A DNA stretch of 64,000 nucleotides from Myxococcota bacterium (GCA_965140415.1 OZ223209.1:4160001-4224000); one strand, 5' to 3'; shown: positions 1 to 10,045, counted from the stretch's first letter. A program made the numbers and translations. The notes: a model not told the origin generated them from the letters alone.

Positions 1-374
1 TGGCGCGATTCGGCTTACTCGTCCTAAGCGATGGCTACTGGGACGGCTTCCCGGTCCTCACCGACCGGGTCTACTTCCGGCGGATGCTCGACAGCTCGCA
101 GGACCTGAACCCGGCTTACGGCTATCTCTGGTGGCTGAACGGCAAGGACAGCTACCTCATCCCCAGCGAAGAAGATACGCCGGGCGAAGGGCCGATCATG
201 CCCGATGGGCGAAGGGAGGACGCGCCGACCGAGGCACGGCCGAACCCCGCCCACCTACCCACCACGCCCACGTTCCGGAGGGAACCCGAGGAGCGGAGAG
301 GTCAGAACAAACGACAGAAAGATCGGCGGGGAGTCGTGATATCGCTTTGCGATCACCCGCTCGGATACTGGTAG
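1..374 (+). pseudogene. 3' part of a serine hydrolase (beta-lactamase/AmpC-like family), apparently truncated near nt 208
   Basis: Frame 3 from the window edge reads ARFGLLVLSDGYWDG...AYGYLWWLNG, typical of this family. After GPIMPD it becomes unrelated low-complexity sequence and lacks the usual terminal G..GQ..YV.P..DLVVVR segment. Confidence 0.55.
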
Positions 375-639
375 AGCTAAAATGAAACCATAGGGGTCCC
401 AAACCGGGAGACAGAGTCGGGTCTCAAACAGGTCAGGTTAACGGTGAATCGACATCGGGAGTTCCCGGATAGAGCGTCGCGTCTGCCAGACCGATCATTT
501 TGACACTGAAGTAACCTTCCGTAATCGCCTGTTAATTCTTGATATTGGCGAGTGTTTTTAGTACAGTAAGCCCTCGATAACGGATAGATAGAGCCCTTTT
601 CCAACGTCACGCAATACTTAGCGTCAGCGGAGTCTGCAT

Positions 640-1464
640 ATGCATCGAAACCTTTCGACATCTCTTGGTTTATTGTTGCTGGTTATCTGTGTCCTGTCGT
701 CGACTTGGATATACGCCGAAGAGCGTGACGGTCTGGTGGTTTGGCGGCTGGAGGCGAAGACCGGCGTTTCCGAAAATGACATCGATTCCCTGACCGGCAT
801 CATCAGCGCCGAGGTGGAGAAGCAGTCCGGTAAAAAAGTGATCAGCGAAACTGATATCCAGACCATTTTACGTGGCGAAGAAACCAAGCAGAACTGCGGC
901 GCGGAGAGCGACAACTGCATCGCCGAGATCGGGGCGGCCTTAGGTGTTCCGGAGGTCGTGGCGGGCGACCTGGGGCGCGTGGGTGGTATTTACGTTCTGA
1001 ATCTTCGCCGCATCAACGTGCGGACGGCGGAGGTCATCAAGCGTATCAGTCGTCAGGTGGAAGGCTCGTTGACGGATCTCGTTAAAATCGTGCCCCAGGC
1101 AGCGGCGGATCTCTTTGGCAATAAAACGGATTCCGGCGTCAGCCAAGGGGAGATGAGCGTCTACGAGAAAGCCGCTTACGGAACTTTTTTCTCGGGTCTG
1201 GGGGTGACGGTCATCGGGATAGTCGGTGCAGTCCAGATGAAAGCCGCCAAGGACGACGGCGACAAGGGGGCCTTCGACGGCTGGAAGGGCGCGACGATCG
1301 CTTGCTGGACCATCGGAGGCGCAGCGATGGTGACGGGCGCAGCGCTATGGATCGTGGATGCGGTGAAAAAGAAAAGCGGCGAGCCGAATGAACCGGATCC
1401 TGTCACATTCGGTATCGCCCCACAGAAGGATGGACTATCCGCCTCCTTGTTGGTGAGGTGGTAG
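640..1464 (+). CDS. Secreted/outer-membrane hypothetical protein (TolB-N/CsgG-like alpha/beta domain, two Gly-rich hydrophobic segments, terminal beta-hairpin)
   Basis: Signal peptide; C...CIAEIGAALG...VVAGDLGRVG..YVLNLRRIN pattern; ends FGIAPQKDGLSASLLVRW; 1 nt from the next gene. Confidence 0.65.
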   Translation: MHRNLSTSLGLLLLVICVLSSTWIYAEERDGLVVWRLEAKTGVSENDIDSLTGIISAEVEKQSGKKVISETDIQTILRGEETKQNCGAESDNCIAEIGAALGVPEVVAGDLGRVGGIYVLNLRRINVRTAEVIKRISRQVEGSLTDLVKIVPQAAADLFGNKTDSGVSQGEMSVYEKAAYGTFFSGLGVTVIGIVGAVQMKAAKDDGDKGAFDGWKGATIACWTIGGAAMVTGAALWIVDAVKKKSGEPNEPDPVTFGIAPQKDGLSASLLVRW

Positions 1465-1465
1465 G

Positions 1466-4400
1466 ATGCCGCTTCGCGCCCTGTTGATTCTTCTGATTGT
1501 CTGCCTTTCTCCCGCCTGCGACTGGTTCCAATGGGAAGAGCCGGGCGGCGTCACGGATGGAGATACGGACCAGGAACTATCCGATCACGAAGTTGCTTGC
1601 ACCTGTTCCGACGTCAATGAATGCTGCGACGGCTGCCAGCCGATCGCCGAAGGTATGGCATGCAACGACGGCGTCGCCTGCACCGATACGGACCGCTGCC
1701 AGTCCGGGGTCTGCTCCGGGGATATCGGCGACGGCTGGTGTCTGATCGACGACGAGTGCGTCGAGGATTCCGCCGACAGCCCGGAGAACTTCTGCCGCTT
1801 CTGCGATGCCGCCTACAGTCAGAACCAATGGCGAAACAAGCCAAACGGCATCGGCTGCGACGATGATGACCTCTGCACCCATTCCGACGTCTGCACGGCG
1901 GGCGAATGCACGGGCGAGGTGATCGTTTGCGAAAGCACCGCCTGTCTGGAACGCGCTTGCAACGGCTCGGATAGTTGCACGGAAACCGCTATCAACGAGG
2001 GCGGCTTCTGCGACGACGGCGATTTCTGCACGGTGGACGGTCAATGCGCAAACGGCGTCTGCATCGAACAGGCGCGGGATTGCTCCGAAGTGGAAGGCCC
2101 CTGCGCCGATTCCCGTTGCGACTCGGACGAAGCCGCCTGTCTGCCCGTACCGATCAACGAAGGTCTGGACTGTGACGACAATGATAATTGCAGCACGGCG
2201 AGCGCTTGTGAAGCCGGTGTGTGCGTGGAAACCGAGCACCTCAACGATTGCCCGGCCACCTGGACCTGCGGCCCATCGCCTTCCGGCTGCGCCACCTGCG
2301 GCGACCTGGCGCCGGGCGAGATCTGCGAAAACCACAAGGCCCGCACGGTTAGCGAGGGCTTCGTACCGATCATGGCCGGAACCTTCTGGATGGGTGAGGG
2401 AGATGAAGAAGACGAGCCGCGCCACGTCGTGAGGCTGACTTATAATTTCGAACTGGCCGAAACGGAAACCACACAAGGCCAATTCGCCTCTCTGATGGGC
2501 TATAACCCCAGCTACTTTAAACATTGTGGCGACAACTGCCCGGTGGAGAGCTTGAGCTGGCATGAAACCCTGGCCTACGCCAATGTCAAATCGCGCATGA
2601 TCGGCTTGCCGGAATGCTTCGATTGCACGGGCGAAGGAGCGGAAATAAATTGCGCGCTGAAAAGCGAGTATCCAAAGCCGCAGGACTGTCCCGGCTATCG
2701 CCTGCCCACCGAGGCGGAATGGGAATGGGCGGCGAGAGCGGGCGTGCATTCGGCGCGAACATATTTGGGAGACGGTGTGTACGGCTGTGATTCACCGGAC
2801 CCAATCTTGGATGCAATCGGCTGGTATTGCGCCAATTGCTCTGTTGAATATGAAGGATGTCTTGATCTATCCGAACAAGAGGGGCCGGAATGTGCGGGAA
2901 CACAACCAGTGAGACAAAAACTGCCTAATGCATGGGGGCTTTACGACATACTGGGCAATGTCTGGGAATTCGTCTGGGATGGTTGGGACGGATCTCCCTA
3001 TCCAAACCCGGAGGAGATGATCATTGATCCCATCGGCGATGGTGTTAGTGAAAGACATTCCGTTCGCGGAAGTGCTTATTGGGCCTCACAATTCAGTTCT
3101 TCGAATAGGTTCACTAATGATACAATTCCTATTGGTGGACGTAGTGTCGGCTTCCGCCTGGCGCGGAGTTTTCCCGATGATGCAGAGGGAGCTGCTGGGA
3201 TGGTGGCGGCGGATGCGCATTACACCTGCGCCATAACGCTTGGTGGTAAAGTAAGATGCTGGGGCGCTGGATATTATGGCAACCTCGCTAATGGTATTCC
3301 ATACGACGAAAATCATCCGCGCGATAACGACGCCTTTGCTCCGGGATCTCCGCTCGATCTGCCGGGAAAAGCGGCCTCCGTTTCTCTCGGTGATCACCAC
3401 GCCTGTTCTTTGCTGATCGATGGCCGAGTGTATTGCTGGGGCTACAACGCCCAGGGCCAATGCGGGGTGGATGACTTGGATGGACAATACCGACCTGTGC
3501 AGGTACAGGGTCTGGCAGACGATATCGTAGATGTTAAAGCATCCTACAGGCACACCTGCGCCTTGGATAGCTCGGGAAATGTGTTTTGCTGGGGATACAA
3601 CAATGCCGGTCAACTGGGTTGGGGAGAATTTAATGGCGATTCACATCCCGTTCCCGACCAAGTCCTTGGGCTCGGTAGCGAAGCCGTGAGTTTGGGCTTG
3701 GGAACATATCATAGTTGCGCCATTTTGCTCGATGGCCGAGCTCAATGCTGGGGGCACAACTGGTACGGAACATTGGGGGACGGAACCACCACCCAGAGAA
3801 TAGAACCGGCCGATGTATTGAATTCAGAGGGGAGTAATTCATTGAGTGGAGTATTGAAGCTTGATAGCGGAGAATCCTATAGTTGTGCCATGGTTTCCAG
3901 TGGCAAGGTCTATTGCTGGGGGAAAGGAAGCGAAGGCAATTTAGGCCAAGCTGATTTAGTCAACGAACAAAAGTTACCAGTGCTGCTCGATAGTATCGAT
4001 CAGATAGTGATCAATATTTCCGTCTCACGAAATTCCACCTGCGCCCGGTCTCAGGATAATCTTTTTTGTTGGGGGAACAGTAATAAAGGCGAACTGGGGG
4101 CGGGCTATGGCGGGACAACTTTATTTTTACCGACAAAAGTTCTGTTGACATCTGAAATCCTTCCCGTGGATGTCACCGTGGGCGACGCCCATAGTTGCGG
4201 TCGATATGGCGATGGTTCGTTGAGCTGCTGGGGAATGAATACATATGGCGAACTCGGCCATGGCGACCAGAATGACATGTATGCCCACGCGCCAATTAAG
4301 CTGGAAGCATTGGATTCACCGGCACAATCCATCTCTGCAAATAACAGTTATGTCTGTGCCGCTTTGCAGGATGGAACCGGACATTGCTGGGGTGGTGGAG

Positions 4401-5413
4401 GTAGCGGACAGCTGGGACAGGGAGAACGAGCGAACAGCGCAAACCCGGTAGCAATTGCCACGCTGGATAACATTGCTTCCATAGCCAGCGGCTTTTACCA
4501 TGCCTGTGTCTTGACCGAGGAGAACACCGTCTATTGTTGGGGTGAAAATCATCGCGGTCAGTTAGGACAGGGTGATACCGAAGACCAGTTGACTCCTCAA
4601 CTCATTCCGGATCTGGAAAATATCACCCAGCTCGATTCCGGCTGGCATCATAGCTGTGCCTTGAATACGAACGGGAGCCTGAAGTGCTGGGGAGTCAACG
4701 GCAATTTACAGCTTGGGAATGCAAGCAGCGCACAGTCGGAAACGCCAACCCAGGTAAGCGGACTGGAATCCGGGGTTCGGCAGGTTTCAGTGAATCGCTA
4801 TCATGGCTGTGCGTTGCTCGAAACCAGTCAAGCCATGTGTTGGGGATACAACAAGCATGGCCAGCTCGGCGACAGTACGAACACACAGCGCTCGACGCCG
4901 GTTTTCGTTCTGGAATCGGAAGGTGAAAGCTTCACCCGACTGACAAGCGTCATCAAAGTGGCGACTGCCGGATTTCATAGCTGCGCACTGTTGTCGGATG
5001 AAACGATGAAATGTTGGGGTTATGGTAGATACGGCCAATTAGGCGATGGAACCAGTGAGAATATGTACACGGCCGTCAGCGTTTTGGCCGATGAAAGCGG
5101 CACTCCCTTGTCCGGCGTGGCCGATATTTTTCTCGGTGGCCATACCACCTCCTGCGCCATCATGAAGGACGGCGGCCAGGTCAAATGTTGGGGAGAACCC
5201 ATCGACAAAACCCTACCCAATCGCTATTACCCCACCGACATCGAAGGTTTAACCGATGTGGAAGAGCTGGCCATCAGCTTCAACAATGCCTGCGCACGGA
5301 AAACGGACGGCAGCGTCTGGTGCTGGGGTAGCATAGACAGCGGTCTGATGGGCGACGGACGCTCGACGGTGGCGCTGGAGCCGGTAGACGTAGTAGGCTT
5401 TGAAGCGCCATGA
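1466..5413 (+). CDS. Giant modular lipoprotein: Cys-rich repeats, FGE-sulfatase (SUMF1-like) domain, RCC1 repeats
   Basis: Lipobox LSPAC; CNDG..CT..D.C..G.C repeats; RLPTEAEWEWAARAG, NAWGLYDILGNVWE, VGFRLAR; many H[ST]CA...G...CWG.N..GQLG repeats. Confidence 0.9.
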   Translation: MPLRALLILLIVCLSPACDWFQWEEPGGVTDGDTDQELSDHEVACTCSDVNECCDGCQPIAEGMACNDGVACTDTDRCQSGVCSGDIGDGWCLIDDECVEDSADSPENFCRFCDAAYSQNQWRNKPNGIGCDDDDLCTHSDVCTAGECTGEVIVCESTACLERACNGSDSCTETAINEGGFCDDGDFCTVDGQCANGVCIEQARDCSEVEGPCADSRCDSDEAACLPVPINEGLDCDDNDNCSTASACEAGVCVETEHLNDCPATWTCGPSPSGCATCGDLAPGEICENHKARTVSEGFVPIMAGTFWMGEGDEEDEPRHVVRLTYNFELAETETTQGQFASLMGYNPSYFKHCGDNCPVESLSWHETLAYANVKSRMIGLPECFDCTGEGAEINCALKSEYPKPQDCPGYRLPTEAEWEWAARAGVHSARTYLGDGVYGCDSPDPILDAIGWYCANCSVEYEGCLDLSEQEGPECAGTQPVRQKLPNAWGLYDILGNVWEFVWDGWDGSPYPNPEEMIIDPIGDGVSERHSVRGSAYWASQFSSSNRFTNDTIPIGGRSVGFRLARSFPDDAEGAAGMVAADAHYTCAITLGGKVRCWGAGYYGNLANGIPYDENHPRDNDAFAPGSPLDLPGKAASVSLGDHHACSLLIDGRVYCWGYNAQGQCGVDDLDGQYRPVQVQGLADDIVDVKASYRHTCALDSSGNVFCWGYNNAGQLGWGEFNGDSHPVPDQVLGLGSEAVSLGLGTYHSCAILLDGRAQCWGHNWYGTLGDGTTTQRIEPADVLNSEGSNSLSGVLKLDSGESYSCAMVSSGKVYCWGKGSEGNLGQADLVNEQKLPVLLDSIDQIVINISVSRNSTCARSQDNLFCWGNSNKGELGAGYGGTTLFLPTKVLLTSEILPVDVTVGDAHSCGRYGDGSLSCWGMNTYGELGHGDQNDMYAHAPIKLEALDSPAQSISANNSYVCAALQDGTGHCWGGGGSGQLGQGERANSANPVAIATLDNIASIASGFYHACVLTEENTVYCWGENHRGQLGQGDTEDQLTPQLIPDLENITQLDSGWHHSCALNTNGSLKCWGVNGNLQLGNASSAQSETPTQVSGLESGVRQVSVNRYHGCALLETSQAMCWGYNKHGQLGDSTNTQRSTPVFVLESEGESFTRLTSVIKVATAGFHSCALLSDETMKCWGYGRYGQLGDGTSENMYTAVSVLADESGTPLSGVADIFLGGHTTSCAIMKDGGQVKCWGEPIDKTLPNRYYPTDIEGLTDVEELAISFNNACARKTDGSVWCWGSIDSGLMGDGRSTVALEPVDVVGFEAP

Positions 5414-5417
5414 GAAC

Positions 5418-5531
5418 AATGAAGAATGATGAATGCGAAATGCGGAATGCGGAATAAGGAATCGAGAGGTAATGCGACCATGACATTGAAACATCTGCTA
5501 TTCATCATTCATCTTTCAGCATTCATCATTC
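5418..5531. repeat. Heptamer tandem array with an inverted counterpart enclosing the RBS and start codon
   Basis: AATGAAG AATGATG AATGCGA AATGCGG AATGCGG AATAAGG at 5418-5459; ATTCATC ATTCATC TTTCAGC ATTCATC at 5500-5527. 5424-5436 pairs perfectly with 5519-5531. Confidence 0.85.
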
Positions 5532-8500
5532 TCCTCCTCCCCGCTTGCGACTGGTTTGAGTGGGAAGAGCCAGGGGGCATGGTTGATGGCGATATTGATT
5601 CGCCCGCCACCGATGGAGATGTCGAAATAGATTTCATCGTCGATGGGGATGACGAACCAATCTCTGACAGTGACGACGACACCGAAACCATCTGCACCTG
5701 CTTCGATATCAACGATTGCTGTGATGGTTGTTTGCCAATCAATGAATCGGCGTCTTGCAACACCGGTCTGGGTTGCACCGAAGGTACGTGTTCTTCCGGT
5801 GCCTGTGAAGCTGCACCCAAGGCGGGCGCTTGCCTGATCAATGGCGCGTGTTATGTCGAATTTGACACCGAACCTGGAAATGTTTGCCACTACTGCGACC
5901 CCTTCACCAGTCCCACCGGCTGGCGCAACGAGCGCAACGGCACCGACTGCGAGGACGGTAGCATCTGCACCATCAATGAGAAATGTGCGGCAGGAGAATG
6001 TACCGATACCGATCCCCTGCCCAACGACTGCGGCGATTACGAATGTGGATGGAGCAATTCCGGCTGCTACGAATGCGGCATCTGCGACAGTGAGACGCAG
6101 GTCTGCTGGGAAAACGAGGAGCACGGCACCAAGCGCTGCGCGCCGAACAAAGGCGGCGACTGTGGCGACATGAATGGCTTGCAGGAAGGAAGTCCCTGGC
6201 CCATGCGCGGTGGCTGCCCGACCCACCAGGGGCGAAGTCCGTATCAAGGTCCGCAGCACCCGACGATGAAGTGGGCGTTCGAAGTAGGAAGTAGCATCAT
6301 GTCAGCACCGGTGATTGCGGCGGATGGGACGGTATACTTTGGAAATCACAACAATGGTTACTATGCACTCAATGCTGATGGGACAGAGAAATGGAAGTTT
6401 TCAGTAGGCACTCCTTTGTATTCAACTTCTGCGTTATCTAGTGAGAATGTCTTATATTTCTCGTCGTCTCACGGTGTACTTCATGCCATTGATTCTACTG
6501 GCACTGAAAAATGGCAAGTTTCATTTTGTGAGTATCAGACATTTTCCTCTCCAACCATTGACGATGTGGGAAATATTTATATTGGCTCTGGTAATCCAGA
6601 CAAAGATTCATGGAGAGGGCTCACGGCAATAAGCTCTGATGGAAATATTCTTTGGACTTATGAAACAGCAGAAGTGGTTGTATCTAGTCCTTCCATTGGA
6701 AAAAATGGAGTGATCTATTTTGGTAGTGGAAGCTGGGAAGTCAACGCAGGTCACATTTACGCGATAGATTCTAGCGGTTCACTGCTATGGAGTCGTGATA
6801 TTGGAACTGGTGTGCGTTCGACCCCAACAATTGGCAGTGATGGAACTATCTACTTCGGATCGGATAGCGGTATTATCTATGCATTTAATCCTAATGGAGA
6901 TGAAAAATGGCGATTTGGTGATGAAGAACTGTTTAATGCCTCACCAAGTATCGGTCTGGATGGCACATTGTATATCGGCACGGATAACGGGGATGACCAG
7001 AATTTCCTATACGCCATTACACCGGATGGACACGAAAAATGGAAAATCCCGATGCCGGGTGTTATCTGGACCGATGTCCTCATCGACAGAGACGGTACAC
7101 TCTACTTTGGCTGCAACGATGGTAAACTATATTCGTACAGTCCTGACGGCGAGCAACTCTGGGCGTTTTTTACCGGTAAACACATTTATACCTCTCCGGT
7201 GCTTTCGGCTGACGGCACACTTTATTTCGGTGTGACAGGACAGGGAATGGCTGGAAGCACAGCTCCCTACTTCCTCTACGCCCTCGGCCACTGCGATGAA
7301 CAAGCAGGCGAATGTATCAACCACTGCGGCAACATGGCGGGCTTGCAGGCCGGGGCGGTCTGGCCGATGAGGGGCGGTTGCCCGACATATCAGGGAAGAA
7401 GTCGCTTCGCCGGGCCGAATTATCCGACCTTATTGTGGAAGTATGATGCTCCGATGGGGTTGTATGGCACGCCGAGCATCGGGAAGGATCACGACATTTA
7501 CTTCGGAACCGGCGCACCTGGTGCGACCGAAGGTCTGATGATAGCAGTTGATTTCAATGGTGTAGAAAAATGGCGCTATGATGCTCAGGGTGGTATAACA
7601 AGTTCTCCCAGCCTATCTAATGATGATCATATTTACTTTGGTTCTTACGACAACTATCTCTATAAGCTGGATTCAGATGGCAACGAAGTTTGGACCTACG
7701 ACGCCGGAGGCGATGTTTGGAAAACGAATCTGGCACCCGATGGTACAGTATTTTTTGGATCGCGCGGGAATAATCTGGTGGCCTTGAATCCCGATGGAAC
7801 GGAGAAGTGGAAGGAAAGCTTCGATAATCGAGTGGGGACTCCCTCCGTCGCTCCCGATGGAACTCTTGTTGCTCCGATTGGAGATATCAGAACGGTGGGC
7901 TCTTCAATCATTGTTGGCTACGATCAACAAGGACTAAAACTGTGGGAAACCGAAACAAGTATTAATTTGACCTACTCGGGAGTTATGTCGCCCGACAATA
8001 CATTTAACTTTGGCGGAGGATGGACCGGCTCGGATGACGGCTGGTTGTGGGCTATTGACATAAATGGGATTACCCGTTGGACGTATGAATATCAGGAGAA
8101 CCTCGGTCTTAGGCCGTTTTCCATAACTCAAACAGGAAACATTTTAGCAACAAGCCAGGATTCCATTCTTTATGAGTTCGATCAGTTAGGTAACATTGTT
8201 TACCAATCCGAAAGTAATTTCATCAATTTCACGAGCGGTAGTGCGATAGACCGGTATAGAAGCCTGTATATGTATAAAGGTGGCTATCTTTGGCGTCTTG
8301 ATGAAAATCATGAAATGGATTGGTCGTTTAATCTCGGGAATGGCACGAACAACTCCCCCGTCATCGGTCCCTACAACACCGTGTTGGCCGCCACAACCAG
8401 CGGCTCCCTCTACGCCATCGGCGGCTTCGTGAAGATCCCGGCCGGAACCTTCGTCATGGGCAGCCCGGATGGGATCAATTGCCCGCCGGATGTCCCCGAC

Positions 8501-9520
8501 TGCAACATCGCCGATTACCCGGCCGAACCGGGACGAGCCGAAGGCGAAATCGAAATCCAACGCCTCGTCACCTTGACGCATGACTTTGAGATGTCCATCT
8601 ACGAAACCACCCAGCAACAATTCGAAACCTATATGGGTTACAACCCCAGCCGCTTCATCAACTGCGGTCCGACCTGCCCGGTGGAGATGGTGAACTGGTA
8701 TGAATCGGTCGCCTACGCCAATGCGCTGTCAGAATCGGTGGGACTCACGCCCTGTTATGCCATCACGGAGATTGTTTGCAAAGATGATGTGGCAAGCGCT
8801 GATGGCGACGCCGATACCGAGCCTCAAACCTTCGACGACATCCACGCCTGCGCCGAGCGCGGCGGTATTTATGAAGCATCGGTGGAACTGAACGACGTGG
8901 ATTCTTGGTTTGATTGTGAAGGATATCGTCTGCCAAACTACAAGGAATGGGAATATGCTGCTCGCGCCGGAACGCGTACTGCCTTATACAACGGCGACAT
9001 CACATACACTGGTCGGGAGCCACTTGATCCGAATCTGGACGAGATCGGCTGGTATGGCGGAAACTCAAATGTTTCCTATGATGGTGGTGAAAATTGCACA
9101 TCGTGGTTTGAGGGTGCACACCTTTGCGGCTCTCATCCTGTTGCCGAAAAAGAGCCAAATACAATTGGACTCTATGATATGAGTGGCAATGTTTGGGAAC
9201 GAGTTGGAGACAGTACAGGATTTGGTGCCATAATAAAGGGCGGGAGTTGGCAAACCGTTGCCCTCAATGGCCGATCTGCTGCAAGAGGGGGAGCTGCATC
9301 TGGTGACAAATACAGTCACGTCGGCTTCCGCCTGGTCCGCACCCTGAACCCCGACCCGGACGCTGACGGCATCGGTTCCGACGCCGACGATTCCGGGCGC
9401 GTGCACGATCATCCCTGCTCCGGTAGCCAAACGGAAAACTGTGACGATAACTGCCCCTATGCCGCGAACCCCGATCAGGCCGATACGAATGGCAATGGGG
9501 TCGGCGATGCGTGCGAATAG
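5480..9520 (+). CDS. Giant modular lipoprotein: Cys-rich region, two PQQ/BamB-like beta-propellers, FGE-sulfatase domain, TSP3-like C-terminus
   Basis: GAGAGG RBS before ATG 5480; lipobox LLPAC; S.P.I..DGT.YFG...G.LYA...DG..KW repeats; RLPNYKEWEYAARAG, GLYDMSGNVWE; DNCPYAANPDQADTNGNGVGDAC. Confidence 0.9.
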   Translation: MTLKHLLFIIHLSAFIILLLPACDWFEWEEPGGMVDGDIDSPATDGDVEIDFIVDGDDEPISDSDDDTETICTCFDINDCCDGCLPINESASCNTGLGCTEGTCSSGACEAAPKAGACLINGACYVEFDTEPGNVCHYCDPFTSPTGWRNERNGTDCEDGSICTINEKCAAGECTDTDPLPNDCGDYECGWSNSGCYECGICDSETQVCWENEEHGTKRCAPNKGGDCGDMNGLQEGSPWPMRGGCPTHQGRSPYQGPQHPTMKWAFEVGSSIMSAPVIAADGTVYFGNHNNGYYALNADGTEKWKFSVGTPLYSTSALSSENVLYFSSSHGVLHAIDSTGTEKWQVSFCEYQTFSSPTIDDVGNIYIGSGNPDKDSWRGLTAISSDGNILWTYETAEVVVSSPSIGKNGVIYFGSGSWEVNAGHIYAIDSSGSLLWSRDIGTGVRSTPTIGSDGTIYFGSDSGIIYAFNPNGDEKWRFGDEELFNASPSIGLDGTLYIGTDNGDDQNFLYAITPDGHEKWKIPMPGVIWTDVLIDRDGTLYFGCNDGKLYSYSPDGEQLWAFFTGKHIYTSPVLSADGTLYFGVTGQGMAGSTAPYFLYALGHCDEQAGECINHCGNMAGLQAGAVWPMRGGCPTYQGRSRFAGPNYPTLLWKYDAPMGLYGTPSIGKDHDIYFGTGAPGATEGLMIAVDFNGVEKWRYDAQGGITSSPSLSNDDHIYFGSYDNYLYKLDSDGNEVWTYDAGGDVWKTNLAPDGTVFFGSRGNNLVALNPDGTEKWKESFDNRVGTPSVAPDGTLVAPIGDIRTVGSSIIVGYDQQGLKLWETETSINLTYSGVMSPDNTFNFGGGWTGSDDGWLWAIDINGITRWTYEYQENLGLRPFSITQTGNILATSQDSILYEFDQLGNIVYQSESNFINFTSGSAIDRYRSLYMYKGGYLWRLDENHEMDWSFNLGNGTNNSPVIGPYNTVLAATTSGSLYAIGGFVKIPAGTFVMGSPDGINCPPDVPDCNIADYPAEPGRAEGEIEIQRLVTLTHDFEMSIYETTQQQFETYMGYNPSRFINCGPTCPVEMVNWYESVAYANALSESVGLTPCYAITEIVCKDDVASADGDADTEPQTFDDIHACAERGGIYEASVELNDVDSWFDCEGYRLPNYKEWEYAARAGTRTALYNGDITYTGREPLDPNLDEIGWYGGNSNVSYDGGENCTSWFEGAHLCGSHPVAEKEPNTIGLYDMSGNVWERVGDSTGFGAIIKGGSWQTVALNGRSAARGGAASGDKYSHVGFRLVRTLNPDPDADGIGSDADDSGRVHDHPCSGSQTENCDDNCPYAANPDQADTNGNGVGDACE

Positions 9521-9532
9521 GAACGTCTTACG

Positions 9533-9770
9533 ATGAAGAAGTGCACGAGCAGACGCAATATGGCCAATAGCAGTGGTTGTAGTGATCTTCGTGTTTTTTT
9601 CTCCCCGCCTGCGATTGGTTCGAGTGGGAGGAGCCGGGTGAGATGGCGGATGGTGATGTGGACAGCTCCGCTACGGATGGAGACGTGGAGCAGGAGTCGT
9701 CTTCCGACGGCGACGAGGAAAATAGTTTTTGCAACCCGGCCGAATCGGTGTGTTGCGACCCGGACGGCCG
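9533..9770 (+). pseudogene. Frameshifted, truncated third paralog of the ACDWF[QE]WEEPG lipoproteins
   Basis: LPACDWFEWEEPGEMADGDVDS from 9601. The signal peptide is split over frames (extra T in a T7 run at 9594-9600). Similarity ends after CCDPDG. Confidence 0.8.
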
Positions 9771-9963
9771 GTCCGTCGGCAAGCATAAGGCACTGGAGAC
9801 CGGCTCCGCAGCCCACATCCAATCCCGAACTACCTTCCGGAAGTTCAAGAGCTTCGATCGCATCACGAAAAACCGGCTCCCGCAATTGGCTTGTAAAGAG
9901 AAGTTTTTCCAGATATGTGCTTGGCACCGGTTTTATCTCCAATTCATATTGGGTGACGGTCAA
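9770..9963 (-). pseudogene. 5' fragment of a class I SAM-dependent methyltransferase
   Basis: LELPEGSSGLDVGCGAG (motif I), after which the frame runs into the antisense strand of the lipoprotein remnant. Confidence 0.75.
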
Positions 9964-10045
9964 TGAATGAAACCTTATTTACGTGTAGTGCAGAAATTAG
10001 ATCAAATTCTATGGCTACGACTTAGATTCCTGCACAGCCGAAGGC

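Noticed and set aside
208-639. Insertion sequence or structured RNA after the truncated hydrolase
   Set aside because: Only a small hairpin near 337-357; no terminal inverted repeats, transposase or recognisable RNA family.
1577-2749. Long antisense ORFs (this one, 5516-6259, 35481-36212, 42668-43543, 59403-60287 and similar)
   Set aside because: They shadow well-supported genes on the opposite strand, as expected from GC-rich codon bias, and carry no motifs.
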